51,865 bases of DNA, from the IMG/VR virus record IMGVR_UViG_3300035156_000063. One strand, written 5' to 3'. The notes beneath the pieces were generated by a model, which was not told the DNA's origin, searched no databases, and saw only the letters and a list, made by a program, of their open reading frames with translations. The position numbers were made by a program, and so were the translations under genes. This stretch comes from a virus. Each line of letters opens with the position of its first letter. The first letter of the stretch is position 1. This document shows, piece by piece, positions 35,931 through 44,643 of this stretch.

Positions 35931-36132
35931 AGATTGCCTGTCGAAGGTAGACACAGAGGTCAAGAGCTTCCTCATAGGCGTCTTGTAGGACATCTCGTCC
36001 ATTAAAGGGTTGTAAGGGGGTTCCGTACTTGTTAGTACCGAACTCATTACGCTTTGTCATGTCCTGCTTAACAAGCTCCCATACCGCAGGGAGCGTGTTG
36101 TGTACAGGCTTAGGTTGGTTATCAAACTCCAT
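35863..36132 (-). CDS. Small all-alpha NTP-pyrophosphatase-like protein, 89 aa
   Basis: DVLQDAYEEALDLCVYLRQAIYE resembles the acidic helix pair of MazG/dimeric-dUTPase-like folds. This is a weak, by-eye call. Confidence 0.35.
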   Translation of the reverse strand: MEFDNQPKPVHNTLPAVWELVKQDMTKRNEFGTNKYGTPLQPFNGRDVLQDAYEEALDLCVYLRQAIYERNSKAVTHDTSSYTDPHFPC

Positions 36133-36380
36133 CAGCTTAGGGCAAAGCCACGTTGTTGCATGCCCAGCTTGAATGCTTCCTTTACATCGTTCCGTTCATC
36201 CTCTGGAATAAGGCCGAAGTAGCCTAGGATGATGCCCGATCCTTTGGCCGTGATAGCTTTGTTGCGAGTGTTGTCTTCAGCAATATTACACAGGACTACA
36301 GCACGATTACGAGTACGCAGCTCCTTGTCTTTGATATCGTTAAACAGTGAGAAACCCTTGAACATGTCTTTATTTAGCAT
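36132..36380 (-). CDS. Hypothetical protein, about 82 aa (start moved to MLNKDMFKG)
   Basis: The tracked ORF is 36132-36536 and overlaps the HNH gene. The ATG at 36380 overlaps the HNH stop by only 11 nt. Confidence 0.5.
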   Translation of the reverse strand: MLNKDMFKGFSLFNDIKDKELRTRNRAVVLCNIAEDNTRNKAITAKGSGIILGYFGLIPEDERNDVKEAFKLGMQQRGFALS

Positions 36381-36774
36381 TAGCTTTTCTTTCTTTCGCA
36401 ATCTGCTTCTCAGCAGTGGATTTAATTTCATGGCAAGGCTTACACAGCACTTGCAGATTCTCTTGTTCACAAAACAGGTTGTCAATGAAGCTGTCCCAAG
36501 AGACAAAGCCCACAGAGGGGTCAATGACTGCTTCATAGTGATCTACTTGAACATCCTTGGCGGGATGTGGAACTAGGCAAGCGCTGCATGTATAATGCTT
36601 GGCAAGCCTTCCTGTCTTAATATTCGTACGCTGTCCAACACAGGCTTCGTTCAATGCTCGGAACTTAGGGGGCCAGCGCCTACTAGCAGCCCTCAGAGCA
36701 CTCTTGACGAAGGAATTGAACCTCGCTTGGGTCCAATCCCCTCCATTAAACTCACGCCCCACCGATACCTTCAA
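36370..36774 (-). CDS. HNH endonuclease, 134 aa
   Basis: CSAC...VDHYEAV...NLQVLCKPCHEIK, i.e. a CxxC/H-N-H/CxxCH pattern. Confidence 0.8.
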   Translation of the reverse strand: MKVSVGREFNGGDWTQARFNSFVKSALRAASRRWPPKFRALNEACVGQRTNIKTGRLAKHYTCSACLVPHPAKDVQVDHYEAVIDPSVGFVSWDSFIDNLFCEQENLQVLCKPCHEIKSTAEKQIAKERKANAK

Positions 36775-37576
36775 TCATAGGCAGTTCCCATAAGATTGGA
36801 GAGCCATCTTCATTCAGCCCTCTTGTCATGTGTAATAATCTTCCTTGTTCAAGAAGCTCTTCCTCTGCACGATCTCCGAATGCAACCTTATAAGCCGCAA
36901 GCACTGATTTGAATGCTTCCTCCTCAGTCTTCGATCCTTCAAGTATTTGATACGCTTTAACTGGTCCACATCCTTCGAGTCCCGGAATAGAGTCAACCCG
37001 GTCACCTGTAAGACATTGGCTAAAGAAGAAGAGTGGACCATAACCTTCGACTTTCTTACGGTTAGCAGATAATGTGATCCGTCCAGGCGCTTCAACGTAC
37101 AGTGGCCCAAATTGCGGCTGATTTCCAAGTTCCCATCCATAGTGCCAGCCAGCCACCTGTCGGAGGTCTTTATCTCTTGTGCAGATAATGGTTTGATCAG
37201 TCGCTTTTGTTTGTTCAATTGCCATGAGGTCGTCAGCCTCCAGCCCTTCGGTGAGCCGATAATCATATTTTCCTTTGATGTAAGCTAGGACATTCTTATA
37301 ATGATATGGCTTCTTGCCACGCCCATCCTTGTAGGGCTGCCTCTTTGCTAGTCCATATCGGAAGTTTGTTTTCCCGGTAAGAAATAGGATTGGAGGCATA
37401 GTAGCGTCGACAATAGCACACGTATTAGCAATACGATTGTCAAGAAGATCGGCAACCCTATCGAAAGGAGGAGGAAAGGCGTCAACATCGATGCCATGGT
37501 TCTCCCCCTTCCACGCAGTTTCCGCTGCGAAGCCACATTCATATACTAAGACGTCGGCGTCAATTAGTGGCTGCAT
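36752..37576 (-). CDS. 5'-3' exonuclease / flap endonuclease (PIN plus H3TH)
   Basis: Acidic N-terminal PIN-like start (IDADVLVYE) and H3TH-like LTGDRVDSIPGLEGCGPVKAYQIL. Confidence 0.8.
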   Translation of the reverse strand: MQPLIDADVLVYECGFAAETAWKGENHGIDVDAFPPPFDRVADLLDNRIANTCAIVDATMPPILFLTGKTNFRYGLAKRQPYKDGRGKKPYHYKNVLAYIKGKYDYRLTEGLEADDLMAIEQTKATDQTIICTRDKDLRQVAGWHYGWELGNQPQFGPLYVEAPGRITLSANRKKVEGYGPLFFFSQCLTGDRVDSIPGLEGCGPVKAYQILEGSKTEEEAFKSVLAAYKVAFGDRAEEELLEQGRLLHMTRGLNEDGSPILWELPMIEGIGGA

Positions 37577-38283
37577 TAATACGGATTGTCATCATCCGAA
37601 TCATCCGTATCGTCAGCAGGTTCAACGGGCTTACGATCCTTCTTGACTGGCTTCTCTTTCTTATCTTCTTTAGGAGCTTTCTCAATCAAAGCTTCCAGAG
37701 GCGAGCCAGCGTAGTTTAGATTACCCATAATTTTCTTACGAATCCATTCAGGCAGAGAATTAAACACTTCCATGTCTGGATTGTCTAAGTCGAACACCTT
37801 AGAACCATTCTGGAGAGGGGGGCATGCAGCAGCATCTTTAGGGCGCATGGCACCAATGTTAGCCACATTGTCGTATACCTTGTCTCCAACCTTGTTCTGA
37901 ACCATCGTGATGTTAATTGGCATGTCTACACATTTACTCCAATCCCCATCAAAGGCTTCCGTAGGATCGAATGCGAGATATCGTTTAGTGCTCTTAGCCA
38001 GATCGGCCTTCAGGTTATGAAGGGGGAAGGTTTCGCTAACCCAACGCGGCTTATCCTCCACATCATTACCCTCTTCGTCTTTCATGAATTCGTCAACAAG
38101 CTCGTACGTCAGCATGATTTCCTGTGCTGGCGGTTTGTCTTTACCTTGGAAAGCTCTTTGGGCTTGGAGACCCATGTCCAGCAATTGGACCAGACGAGCG
38201 GGATATACACCCGGTTCGATGTTCGGTTGTTCAACACGATTGCCACCACCATTGCCTTGTACTTTTTTAGCGTTAATACCCAT
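37576..38283 (-). CDS. T7 gp2.5-like single-stranded DNA-binding protein, 235 aa
   Basis: Size, position between the nuclease and polymerase genes, and a strongly acidic C-terminal tail (ADDTDDSDDDNPY). Confidence 0.6.
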   Translation of the reverse strand: MGINAKKVQGNGGGNRVEQPNIEPGVYPARLVQLLDMGLQAQRAFQGKDKPPAQEIMLTYELVDEFMKDEEGNDVEDKPRWVSETFPLHNLKADLAKSTKRYLAFDPTEAFDGDWSKCVDMPINITMVQNKVGDKVYDNVANIGAMRPKDAAACPPLQNGSKVFDLDNPDMEVFNSLPEWIRKKIMGNLNYAGSPLEALIEKAPKEDKKEKPVKKDRKPVEPADDTDDSDDDNPY

Positions 38284-38303
38284 GTATTTGATTTCCTTTT
38301 AGA

Positions 38304-38483
38304 TTAGTAATATTTACGAACGTAGGTCACAACCGGAACCATTTGATATCCCGGTGGGGCACCACGCGGTACAGTTTGGTTGACATGGAACATTTTATCT
38401 CCGTACTCGTTACGAATGCCAGAGAACTGACCCTGTTCAACTACTCGACCAAGTCGTTTCCAACCATTGAATGTGTTATACAT
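38304..38483 (-). CDS. Small hypothetical protein, 59 aa (MYNTFNGWKRLGRVVEQGQFSG...); one residue below the ORF-track cutoff
   Basis: Hand translation, with an AAGG SD. The F-x-G-W-K-x-L-G-R-x-V-x-x-G pattern resembles ArdC-N-like ssDNA-binding motifs (weak). Confidence 0.45.
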   Translation of the reverse strand: MYNTFNGWKRLGRVVEQGQFSGIRNEYGDKMFHVNQTVPRGAPPGYQMVPVVTYVRKYY

Positions 38484-38497
38484 ATGCTTGCCTTATA

Positions 38498-38704
38498 TTA
38501 GCTAAGAAGGGATTTAAGCTTAACCGAGATGGAGGCAGCATTATCAATTTCTTGCTGATTCTCGCCGTTAGTCGCCTCAAGTGTTTGAATGATTTTGGTA
38601 TTCGTATCAATCTCTTTTTGTCGCTCGTTCATAACCTCCTCAAGATCAGAGATGGTTTTAGTGAACGTTGCCATAATAGATTCTACTGTTTTAGATTTAA
38701 ACAT
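38498..38704 (-). CDS. Small coiled-coil protein, about 68 aa (start moved to MFKSKTVES)
   Basis: The ATG at 38704 is preceded by TAAGGAAGTC. The tracked ORF is 38498-38761. Confidence 0.5.
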   Translation of the reverse strand: MFKSKTVESIMATFTKTISDLEEVMNERQKEIDTNTKIIQTLEATNGENQQEIDNAASISVKLKSLLS

Positions 38705-38711
38705 GACTTCC

Positions 38712-38891
38712 TTATTTAGATTTATCAGACAACATAATTTCCAGCAAAGCTTTAGCTTCACGCAGCTTCAGGGTGTCCTCGTCAAATGTGCGACGGGCCT
38801 CAGATGCGGCATAAAAGGAAGCTTCTTGCTTAAACGCGAGAACATTCACAAAGTCCTCTTGTTTACTAATTTGTGCATCAGTGAATTGCAT
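38712..38891 (-). CDS. Small hypothetical protein, about 59 aa (MQFTDAQISKQEDF...)
   Basis: The ATG at 38891 overlaps the polymerase 3' end by 14 nt. The tracked ORF 38712-39071 otherwise runs antisense-frame through the polymerase gene. Confidence 0.45.
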   Translation of the reverse strand: MQFTDAQISKQEDFVNVLAFKQEASFYAASEARRTFDEDTLKLREAKALLEIMLSDKSK

Positions 38892-40758
38892 ACCAATCCC
38901 TTCCGATTTTTCCTTGTCCAAGGTGGGGACAAGAGATTTTGTAATAGTTCCCAGCCCAAGCAATAGCGTTTTCAGCAATGGTTCGAACATCTTCTGCAAT
39001 TTCCTCTCTGCATTCGCAGGTATATTCATCGTGATACCAACACACGATTCCGTAGTCTTCTCCCCACACATACTTACGATCCATGTCTTTGCAGAACTTG
39101 TTGTAAGCTGCCGTCATCATAATAGCTTCATCAGATTGAAGGAGGTATACCAAGATTTGATGTTCACTTCCCACTTTAATTGGACGTCCGTCTAGTCCAG
39201 TGATCGTGCCATCGTAATATTCCATGCGGTTAAACTTCTTGTTGTAACGCTGTTTAGCTGTCTTACGCCATTCCTTGGTTAGGAAGTCGAGGAGCGCTTT
39301 GAGAGCCGGTAAGCCATCAAGGAAGTCAGCTTTAAGTTTCTTCCCTCGTTGTGCAGTTCCTTTAACGATTTTGCCAACCTTAGCATCTCCTGCGCCGAAC
39401 AAGAATCCGTAGAAGAATGTCTTCGCATCATCTCTGTTATCAAGTCCAGCCGCTCGCATATTGACGCTATGGATGTCTGTTCCATCTTCTTTCTTTCCGT
39501 TCAGTACGTTGTCAGTATAAACAGGATCGTTCATACGTCCACATAACATCCTAACCTGACATGCATCAGAGTCAGTTCCTACAAGAACAAAGCCCGGTTT
39601 AGCGATGAAGATTTTCCTCATCTGCTTACCATAGAAGCTTTTAGCTTGCGGGATGTTTACTATGTTTCTGTGGGTTGCTCTCCCTGTAACCGCAAGAGTG
39701 TTAACCGACGATGCAATTCTTCCGTCTGGTCGTACAAGCTTTTCAAGTCCTTCGATAACGCTTCTACGATGTCTGCACTGTACACGTTTAGCGACGAGCT
39801 TTCCCATCTTACCATCGACACCCTCAAACGGATCATCCTTGCTAAGTTTCGGGCTTGTACGGTCTCCATCATCATTGTAGTTCCATTCTGCGGGTTCCCA
39901 GCCTTGTTTAAGAAGGTAATCCTTAGTCTCTTCCCCGCTGTTTAGGTCTGTGTACCGGAAATCAATCCGACTAAAAGGGCCAACAACGGGATGGCGATCA
40001 GGGTCGAGACCAGTAATAGCATACCAATCGAGAACACTTTGAGAATACTTTCCGCTCTTGAGGAACGGTTTCGATACGTGTTTGTATTGTCCGGCGGTTT
40101 TCTGTTCATTGATTTCTAAGATAAGAGGAAGTCGAGGAGTGATTACAGAATCAATCCGTCTAATCCAGTTGGTGAGTTGGGAAATACAAAACTTCATATG
40201 GTCTTGATCTACAAGCCAACCATATGCTTCTTGCTTTTGGAGGTTTTCAAACAGCTTAAAGGACAGCAGAAATGCATCTTTCCACTTACCTCCTTTGCTT
40301 TCCTTTAGAAGCTCCTCATAGACAAGCTCAAGGATTTCTACGTCTTCAGTGCACCTATGAAGCATATCGTCTGAGAAGTTTTCCCAGTCGTCATGCTCAG
40401 GTTTACCTCTTCCCACCCGATAACCCCATGCCTCAATCGAGTGCGGCGCTTTCTTGTTAGGACAATTAAAAGGGGAGATACGCTTCGGATTGACCAGCCT
40501 CGACATAACAAGCGTGTCAACCTTTTTTCCGGGATAGGTATATCCATAGAGCTTCTTTAAAAGAGGGAGGTCATAGCCAAGAGCATTGTGCATGATGAGA
40601 ACATCCACCGTATCCATAAACTCTAGCATTTCCTTCATTTGGTGAGGGCGAAACTTAGTGATTTCCTTGGTGTCTTTGTCTTTGAACACTCCGCAATGTG
40701 CCTTGGTTGCGTTGTGTAGAAATCCATTAGCCTCCAAGTCTGCGAAGCACACCCTCAT
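38878..40758 (-). CDS. Family-A DNA polymerase with N-terminal 3'-5' exonuclease domain, 626 aa
   Basis: - ExoI: FADLEANGF.
- Motif A-like: VGTDSDACQVRML.
- Motif B-like: RDDAKTFFYGFLFGAG.
- Motif C-like: WYHDEY. Confidence 0.9.
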   Translation of the reverse strand: MRVCFADLEANGFLHNATKAHCGVFKDKDTKEITKFRPHQMKEMLEFMDTVDVLIMHNALGYDLPLLKKLYGYTYPGKKVDTLVMSRLVNPKRISPFNCPNKKAPHSIEAWGYRVGRGKPEHDDWENFSDDMLHRCTEDVEILELVYEELLKESKGGKWKDAFLLSFKLFENLQKQEAYGWLVDQDHMKFCISQLTNWIRRIDSVITPRLPLILEINEQKTAGQYKHVSKPFLKSGKYSQSVLDWYAITGLDPDRHPVVGPFSRIDFRYTDLNSGEETKDYLLKQGWEPAEWNYNDDGDRTSPKLSKDDPFEGVDGKMGKLVAKRVQCRHRRSVIEGLEKLVRPDGRIASSVNTLAVTGRATHRNIVNIPQAKSFYGKQMRKIFIAKPGFVLVGTDSDACQVRMLCGRMNDPVYTDNVLNGKKEDGTDIHSVNMRAAGLDNRDDAKTFFYGFLFGAGDAKVGKIVKGTAQRGKKLKADFLDGLPALKALLDFLTKEWRKTAKQRYNKKFNRMEYYDGTITGLDGRPIKVGSEHQILVYLLQSDEAIMMTAAYNKFCKDMDRKYVWGEDYGIVCWYHDEYTCECREEIAEDVRTIAENAIAWAGNYYKISCPHLGQGKIGRDWYAIH

Positions 40759-40976
40759 TCTTCGGGATACTCTCTAATCATCTCAAGAATTGTTAGTGCC
40801 TTGCTTTGGCATTCCCGATTGAGGCGTTCACATCGAGCTTCTAGCTCTTTGACAATACGCTCATGGTCTTCATAAAGAACAAATCCACCATAAGGATGTT
40901 TCCCCCCTTGAATAACAACCCTCTCTTCCTCATTAACAGGAGGGGGTTGAAAACGATACCGCTTAATCTGTTCCAT
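40755..40976 (-). CDS. Hypothetical protein, 73 aa
   Basis: ORF overlapping both neighbours. Confidence 0.55.
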   Translation of the reverse strand: MEQIKRYRFQPPPVNEEERVVIQGGKHPYGGFVLYEDHERIVKELEARCERLNRECQSKALTILEMIREYPEE

Positions 40977-41433
40977 AAATCTCCTTCAATTCCTCACGAA
41001 ACCTACGAATGATTTGGTGGCAGTTGGAATACGTATATTCCGTAAGCTCTGACACCTCCTTAGCTGTGTATCCTTGGTTGAAATGATAGTGCAGAACATC
41101 CTTGGAGACAGGGCTTTTAGTGTCAATCAACACACCAATCTCTGCGACCATCTGCTCACTAAACTGATTGCAAATGGTTCCCTCTTGCTCCTCTTCTTCG
41201 AAGGAGACCGCAATATGCCCCTTCTCCAAGTTCTTCTGCTCTTTGAGACAGTTGTTGAGGATGCGCTTCAACCAAACATCAAAGGGGAATTTAGGATCAT
41301 AGCTCTTATAATATTTAAGAGCACGAGCATATGCTTCCTGAACCACATCCTCAGCCGCATCCCCAGCACGAAATGACATGCGCTTGACCAGATTAAAATG
41401 ATTCTTACGGTAATGCTCTTCAATTAATACCAT
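40963..41433 (-). CDS. ECF-like (group 4) sigma factor, 156 aa
   Basis: Region-2-like AEDVVQEAYARALKYY...FDVWLKRILNNCLKEQ and region-4 HTH-like YTAKEVSELTEYTYSNCHQIIRRFREEL. Confidence 0.75.
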   Translation of the reverse strand: MVLIEEHYRKNHFNLVKRMSFRAGDAAEDVVQEAYARALKYYKSYDPKFPFDVWLKRILNNCLKEQKNLEKGHIAVSFEEEEQEGTICNQFSEQMVAEIGVLIDTKSPVSKDVLHYHFNQGYTAKEVSELTEYTYSNCHQIIRRFREELKEIYGTD

Positions 41434-41576
41434 TGCTTGCGCTCCACTTTGGTAATTCGGTTGTATCTCAATTCAAAGGCATCCCGAAAGTAGTTCAGCG
41501 CCCCATAGGAATCCTCCGCCATAACTTCTTCAATTTTCACAAAGTCATTATGATCCAAATACCACACATCCCACAT
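41424..41576 (-). CDS. Small hypothetical protein, 50 aa (MWDVWYLDHNDFVKIEEVMAEDSYGALNYFRDAFELRYNRITKVERKQWY)
   Basis: Hand translation. AGGAGATATGT-ATG SD, and the stop overlaps the sigma-factor start. Confidence 0.45.
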   Translation of the reverse strand: MWDVWYLDHNDFVKIEEVMAEDSYGALNYFRDAFELRYNRITKVERKQWY

Positions 41577-41622
41577 ACATATCTCCTAGAGGGACTCCCT
41601 AATATCTAGAAAGTCACCATTT

Positions 41623-43014
41623 CTATACAATTTCGTTAAACAAACCTGTCTTATTGTCCCAATACAGCTTGTATCGACCTACTTCTCCGAACTCTCGGTC
41701 TTCGAGCAGCACGAGGGTTCGCATGTTACGCTCTTCGGGAGTGAGATTTGAATCTCGATTTCCTTCCAAACCAAGCATGTAATTACAAGATCGAGCCATA
41801 GCACGACTGCCAGCAAACTGACTACTAAGAACTTCTCCGCCACGCTCGTGGGGTGGACCACCATCGGGATTGCGAAGATGGCAAAAGATGAATATGACCA
41901 CGTTAAGATCAAGGGCCATAGCCGCCAACTCCTGCGCAATCTCTTGAAGCTTTGTATTCGCATCTGCTGCATTCATCCCGTTAGTGAGGTTGGTGATTGG
42001 GTCAATGATGATAGCCTTACATCCATCCAGTGCAGCCTCTCGGATGTCTGTCTTCAAACTCTCCCAACCCATATGCTGGTACAGGTTAAGCATGAAGAGG
42101 TGGTCCTGAAGAACTTCACCAGCAGCGTCATACGCATCAACATCAAACTCTTTGGTTGGATCATGGAAGAACTTACCAGTGAGCTTACCAGCCACCAGCT
42201 TGTACGTTTTGTTGTTAGATTCTTCTGGCTTAGCCAAGAAAACCTTCCAACCATGCTCCTTAATGAAGTGAGCGGCTAAGGTATTAACCACCTCACTCTT
42301 CCCTTGCTTCTGCCCAGCACCAATGTAGATGGTCTCACCTAAGCGGATGCCTCGTGTAGCCTCTGTAACGTGCCGCCAAGGCCATGAAACGCCATAGACA
42401 GCCGGAACCTTAGCCTGTTCATGCAAATCGTTCCCAGACACGATACGGCTGTTCTTAGGCTTCTTAGCATTGAACTGAATTGCGTTGTAAGCTGCCTTAC
42501 TTCGCCCTTCCATGAGACATTCATTCACATCCTTAGCAGGTAATGCAGCTACGACAGCGTCAGGGATGACAAGCATCACTTCTTCTGCTGCTTTCTTACC
42601 AGCCTTATCCATATCAAATACCAGCACAACCTCTTTGAAGTGTGCCCTTATGGATTTAAGATGCTTAGTAAGATCACGAGAAGCACTGCCAGCACCATGA
42701 GGCAGGGATACAACAGCAGGGTTAAAATCCGCATATTGTGTTCCTTTGTTATGATCTTTGAAGATTTGGTAAAGAGAGATAGCATCAATCTCCCCTTCTG
42801 TGATGAACAGCTTCTTACCACCCGCCTCAATAGCCTGCTGCCAGCCGAACAAATCTACGTCCTTCTGGTCACCAACAGACCACATCCGCTTGTTTTCGAT
42901 AAGCCTAACCTTATACCCAACAAGCGCACCTTCCCGATAATAGGGGTAATAATGGAGAGAGGGTGTTTCACCATCTACTTCTGAGACGCCAATCTTGACA
43001 CCGAAGTATTCCAA
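41623..43014 (-). CDS. T7 gp4-like primase-helicase (TOPRIM plus DnaB-family helicase); tracked start is TTG, true start uncertain
   Basis: - TOPRIM: ITEGEIDA and FDMDKAGKKAAEE.
- Walker A: GAGQKQGKSE.
- Walker B-like: AIIIDPITN.
- The frame stays open for 83 more codons upstream (see finding). Confidence 0.85.
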   Translation of the reverse strand: MEYFGVKIGVSEVDGETPSLHYYPYYREGALVGYKVRLIENKRMWSVGDQKDVDLFGWQQAIEAGGKKLFITEGEIDAISLYQIFKDHNKGTQYADFNPAVVSLPHGAGSASRDLTKHLKSIRAHFKEVVLVFDMDKAGKKAAEEVMLVIPDAVVAALPAKDVNECLMEGRSKAAYNAIQFNAKKPKNSRIVSGNDLHEQAKVPAVYGVSWPWRHVTEATRGIRLGETIYIGAGQKQGKSEVVNTLAAHFIKEHGWKVFLAKPEESNNKTYKLVAGKLTGKFFHDPTKEFDVDAYDAAGEVLQDHLFMLNLYQHMGWESLKTDIREAALDGCKAIIIDPITNLTNGMNAADANTKLQEIAQELAAMALDLNVVIFIFCHLRNPDGGPPHERGGEVLSSQFAGSRAMARSCNYMLGLEGNRDSNLTPEERNMRTLVLLEDREFGEVGRYKLYWDNKTGLFNEIV

Positions 43015-43253
43015 CGAATCCTTACGCAGCTTTCTGTCTGGCAGGGCTACAGCTTGGTAGTCATTGATTTCAGCAATCTCTTGCTCAATCTGAGCCTTAC
43101 TTTTCCTGATTGGTACAGGTTTGTAGTCCTTGGGCTTGTCGTGATAGGGATCGGGAATGTACTTGCCTGTGGCGAAGTCAAACCCATCGTACGTACCATC
43201 GTCCTTAAGAAATACCTGAATTGAACCAATCTTCTCTACGCAAACGCCTATGG

Positions 43254-43508
43254 TTATTCCTCCTCATCTTCTTCTTGATCCTCCAACAGCTCCCCAATAC
43301 CTAATGATTCGGGAGTTGCCTCTTCTGGGATATTGAGAGTGGTGTAGCTGAACCCGTCCCCATCCACCCCTACCGAGTCGTAGTCGAGTTCCCCGTTATT
43401 ATCACGCTCTTGTTGTTTAGCGATCCATTCACTGCTCATGCTGAATTGAAGATAATTACTACCGTCACCAGCATTGCAGATCAAGACATACAGAGGTTTA
43501 GTTTTCAT
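43254..43508 (-). CDS. Hypothetical protein with acidic tail, 84 aa
   Basis: ORF with the C-terminus ELLEDQEEDEEE. Confidence 0.55.
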   Translation of the reverse strand: MKTKPLYVLICNAGDGSNYLQFSMSSEWIAKQQERDNNGELDYDSVGVDGDGFSYTTLNIPEEATPESLGIGELLEDQEEDEEE

Positions 43509-43738
43509 TCTTTATCTTTCAATTGTTCGTAAACACGAAATTCGTATTGGGGCCAGAAAGGCTTCCAATAAGACATCAATTCTTCTAAAGCTTCGTCTTT
43601 GGTTGGGAACATCCTACTGCACCACCTCCAACCTACAGGATACTGAAAAACCTCAACACCCCATCCCAGATGATTAACAGCCTTAAGACGCTCAGGCTGC
43701 GTAGCATCCCAATCATCAATGTCCGTTTGTGAAATCAT
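43505..43738 (-). CDS. Hypothetical protein, 77 aa
   Basis: ORF with ATGA overlap to the downstream gene. Confidence 0.55.
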   Translation of the reverse strand: MISQTDIDDWDATQPERLKAVNHLGWGVEVFQYPVGWRWCSRMFPTKDEALEELMSYWKPFWPQYEFRVYEQLKDKE

Positions 43739-43916
43739 CTGCTGCCTCCACTACAAGATTGAGAACAAGTTCTCGAAGCTCCATGGAGCCCCATACGATA
43801 TTGCCGAACTTGGCGTTCTGTCCCACGATTTCCATTACATCTTCAATGCCTTGACAGTATGCTTCATACTCTTTAGTACGAGTGCGCTTGAGGAAACCAG
43901 TTGGTTCAAAGCTCAT
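43716..43916 (-). CDS. Hypothetical protein, about 66 aa (start moved to MSFEPTGF)
   Basis: The ATG at 43916 overlaps the ATP-grasp stop by 11 nt. The tracked ORF is 43716-43967. Confidence 0.5.
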   Translation of the reverse strand: MSFEPTGFLKRTRTKEYEAYCQGIEDVMEIVGQNAKFGNIVWGSMELRELVLNLVVEAADDFTNGH

Positions 43917-44643
43917 AGAGTTTAAATTGTTCCACGTATTTGTCCAGCGTTGTACCTGCGAGACCACAGGCGGTGTTCACTTCTAATACGTAATACTGAT
44001 GGTCGGTGCCATAGATGATGTCTACAGCCCCAAAATCGAGCCCTAGAGCATTGATAGCGGCAATTGATTGCTGCTTGGCTTCCTCGTCAATTTCGATGTT
44101 TTGATTGGCGTAAATGAAACCACCAGCAAGGTTACGTACTTGCCAGTTGACTTCTTCATCTGGCACTTCCATCTTACGCGCCTTCCGTTGTACGAAGAAC
44201 ACTTCGTTATGCATAACATGGACACGATACTCCTGGGTTTTCTTGATGTATTGGGTGTAGAGGGGGGCATTAACCAGCTCTTCGACAGTGTTGGCAATTA
44301 CAATTCCCTCCCCGCTGTGACCATTAAGCTTAGTGCGGCATACCACAGGGCCCTTGTCTAATATCACTTGGGCCCCGGCTCTCAATTCCGTAAACACGGG
44401 GATATTAACCCCTGCGTCGTCCATCATCTCAAAAGCAGTGAGCTTATTAACCGCATTTCGAATCGCATCTGGTCGGTTGAGAAGAACTTCGTAACCAATC
44501 CTCCTATTAATTTGGGAACAACCCCAGTTAATCAGAATATCAGTTATTAGGAATTTACCTTCCGTCTTGAGAAGCTTTACCCTCAAGCCATCAGCAAGCG
44601 CCCTTGCAGAGGCGCTGTGCATGTTATAAGGATAGATTTTCAT
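43906..44643 (-). CDS. ATP-grasp ligase (RimK-like), 245 aa
   Basis: KLNGHSGEGIVI (K..GS.G.G) and YVLEVNTACGL (E-x-N Mg/ATP site), with a size typical of a minimal ATP-grasp. Confidence 0.75.
   Translation of the reverse strand: MKIYPYNMHSASARALADGLRVKLLKTEGKFLITDILINWGCSQINRRIGYEVLLNRPDAIRNAVNKLTAFEMMDDAGVNIPVFTELRAGAQVILDKGPVVCRTKLNGHSGEGIVIANTVEELVNAPLYTQYIKKTQEYRVHVMHNEVFFVQRKARKMEVPDEEVNWQVRNLAGGFIYANQNIEIDEEAKQQSIAAINALGLDFGAVDIIYGTDHQYYVLEVNTACGLAGTTLDKYVEQFKLYEL

Noticed and set aside
43047-43229. 60-aa minus-strand ORF in the gap upstream of the primase-helicase.
   Set aside because: It is out of frame with the helicase and Thr/Arg/Leu-rich. The alternative frame, contiguous with the helicase, reads as a genuine protein sequence.
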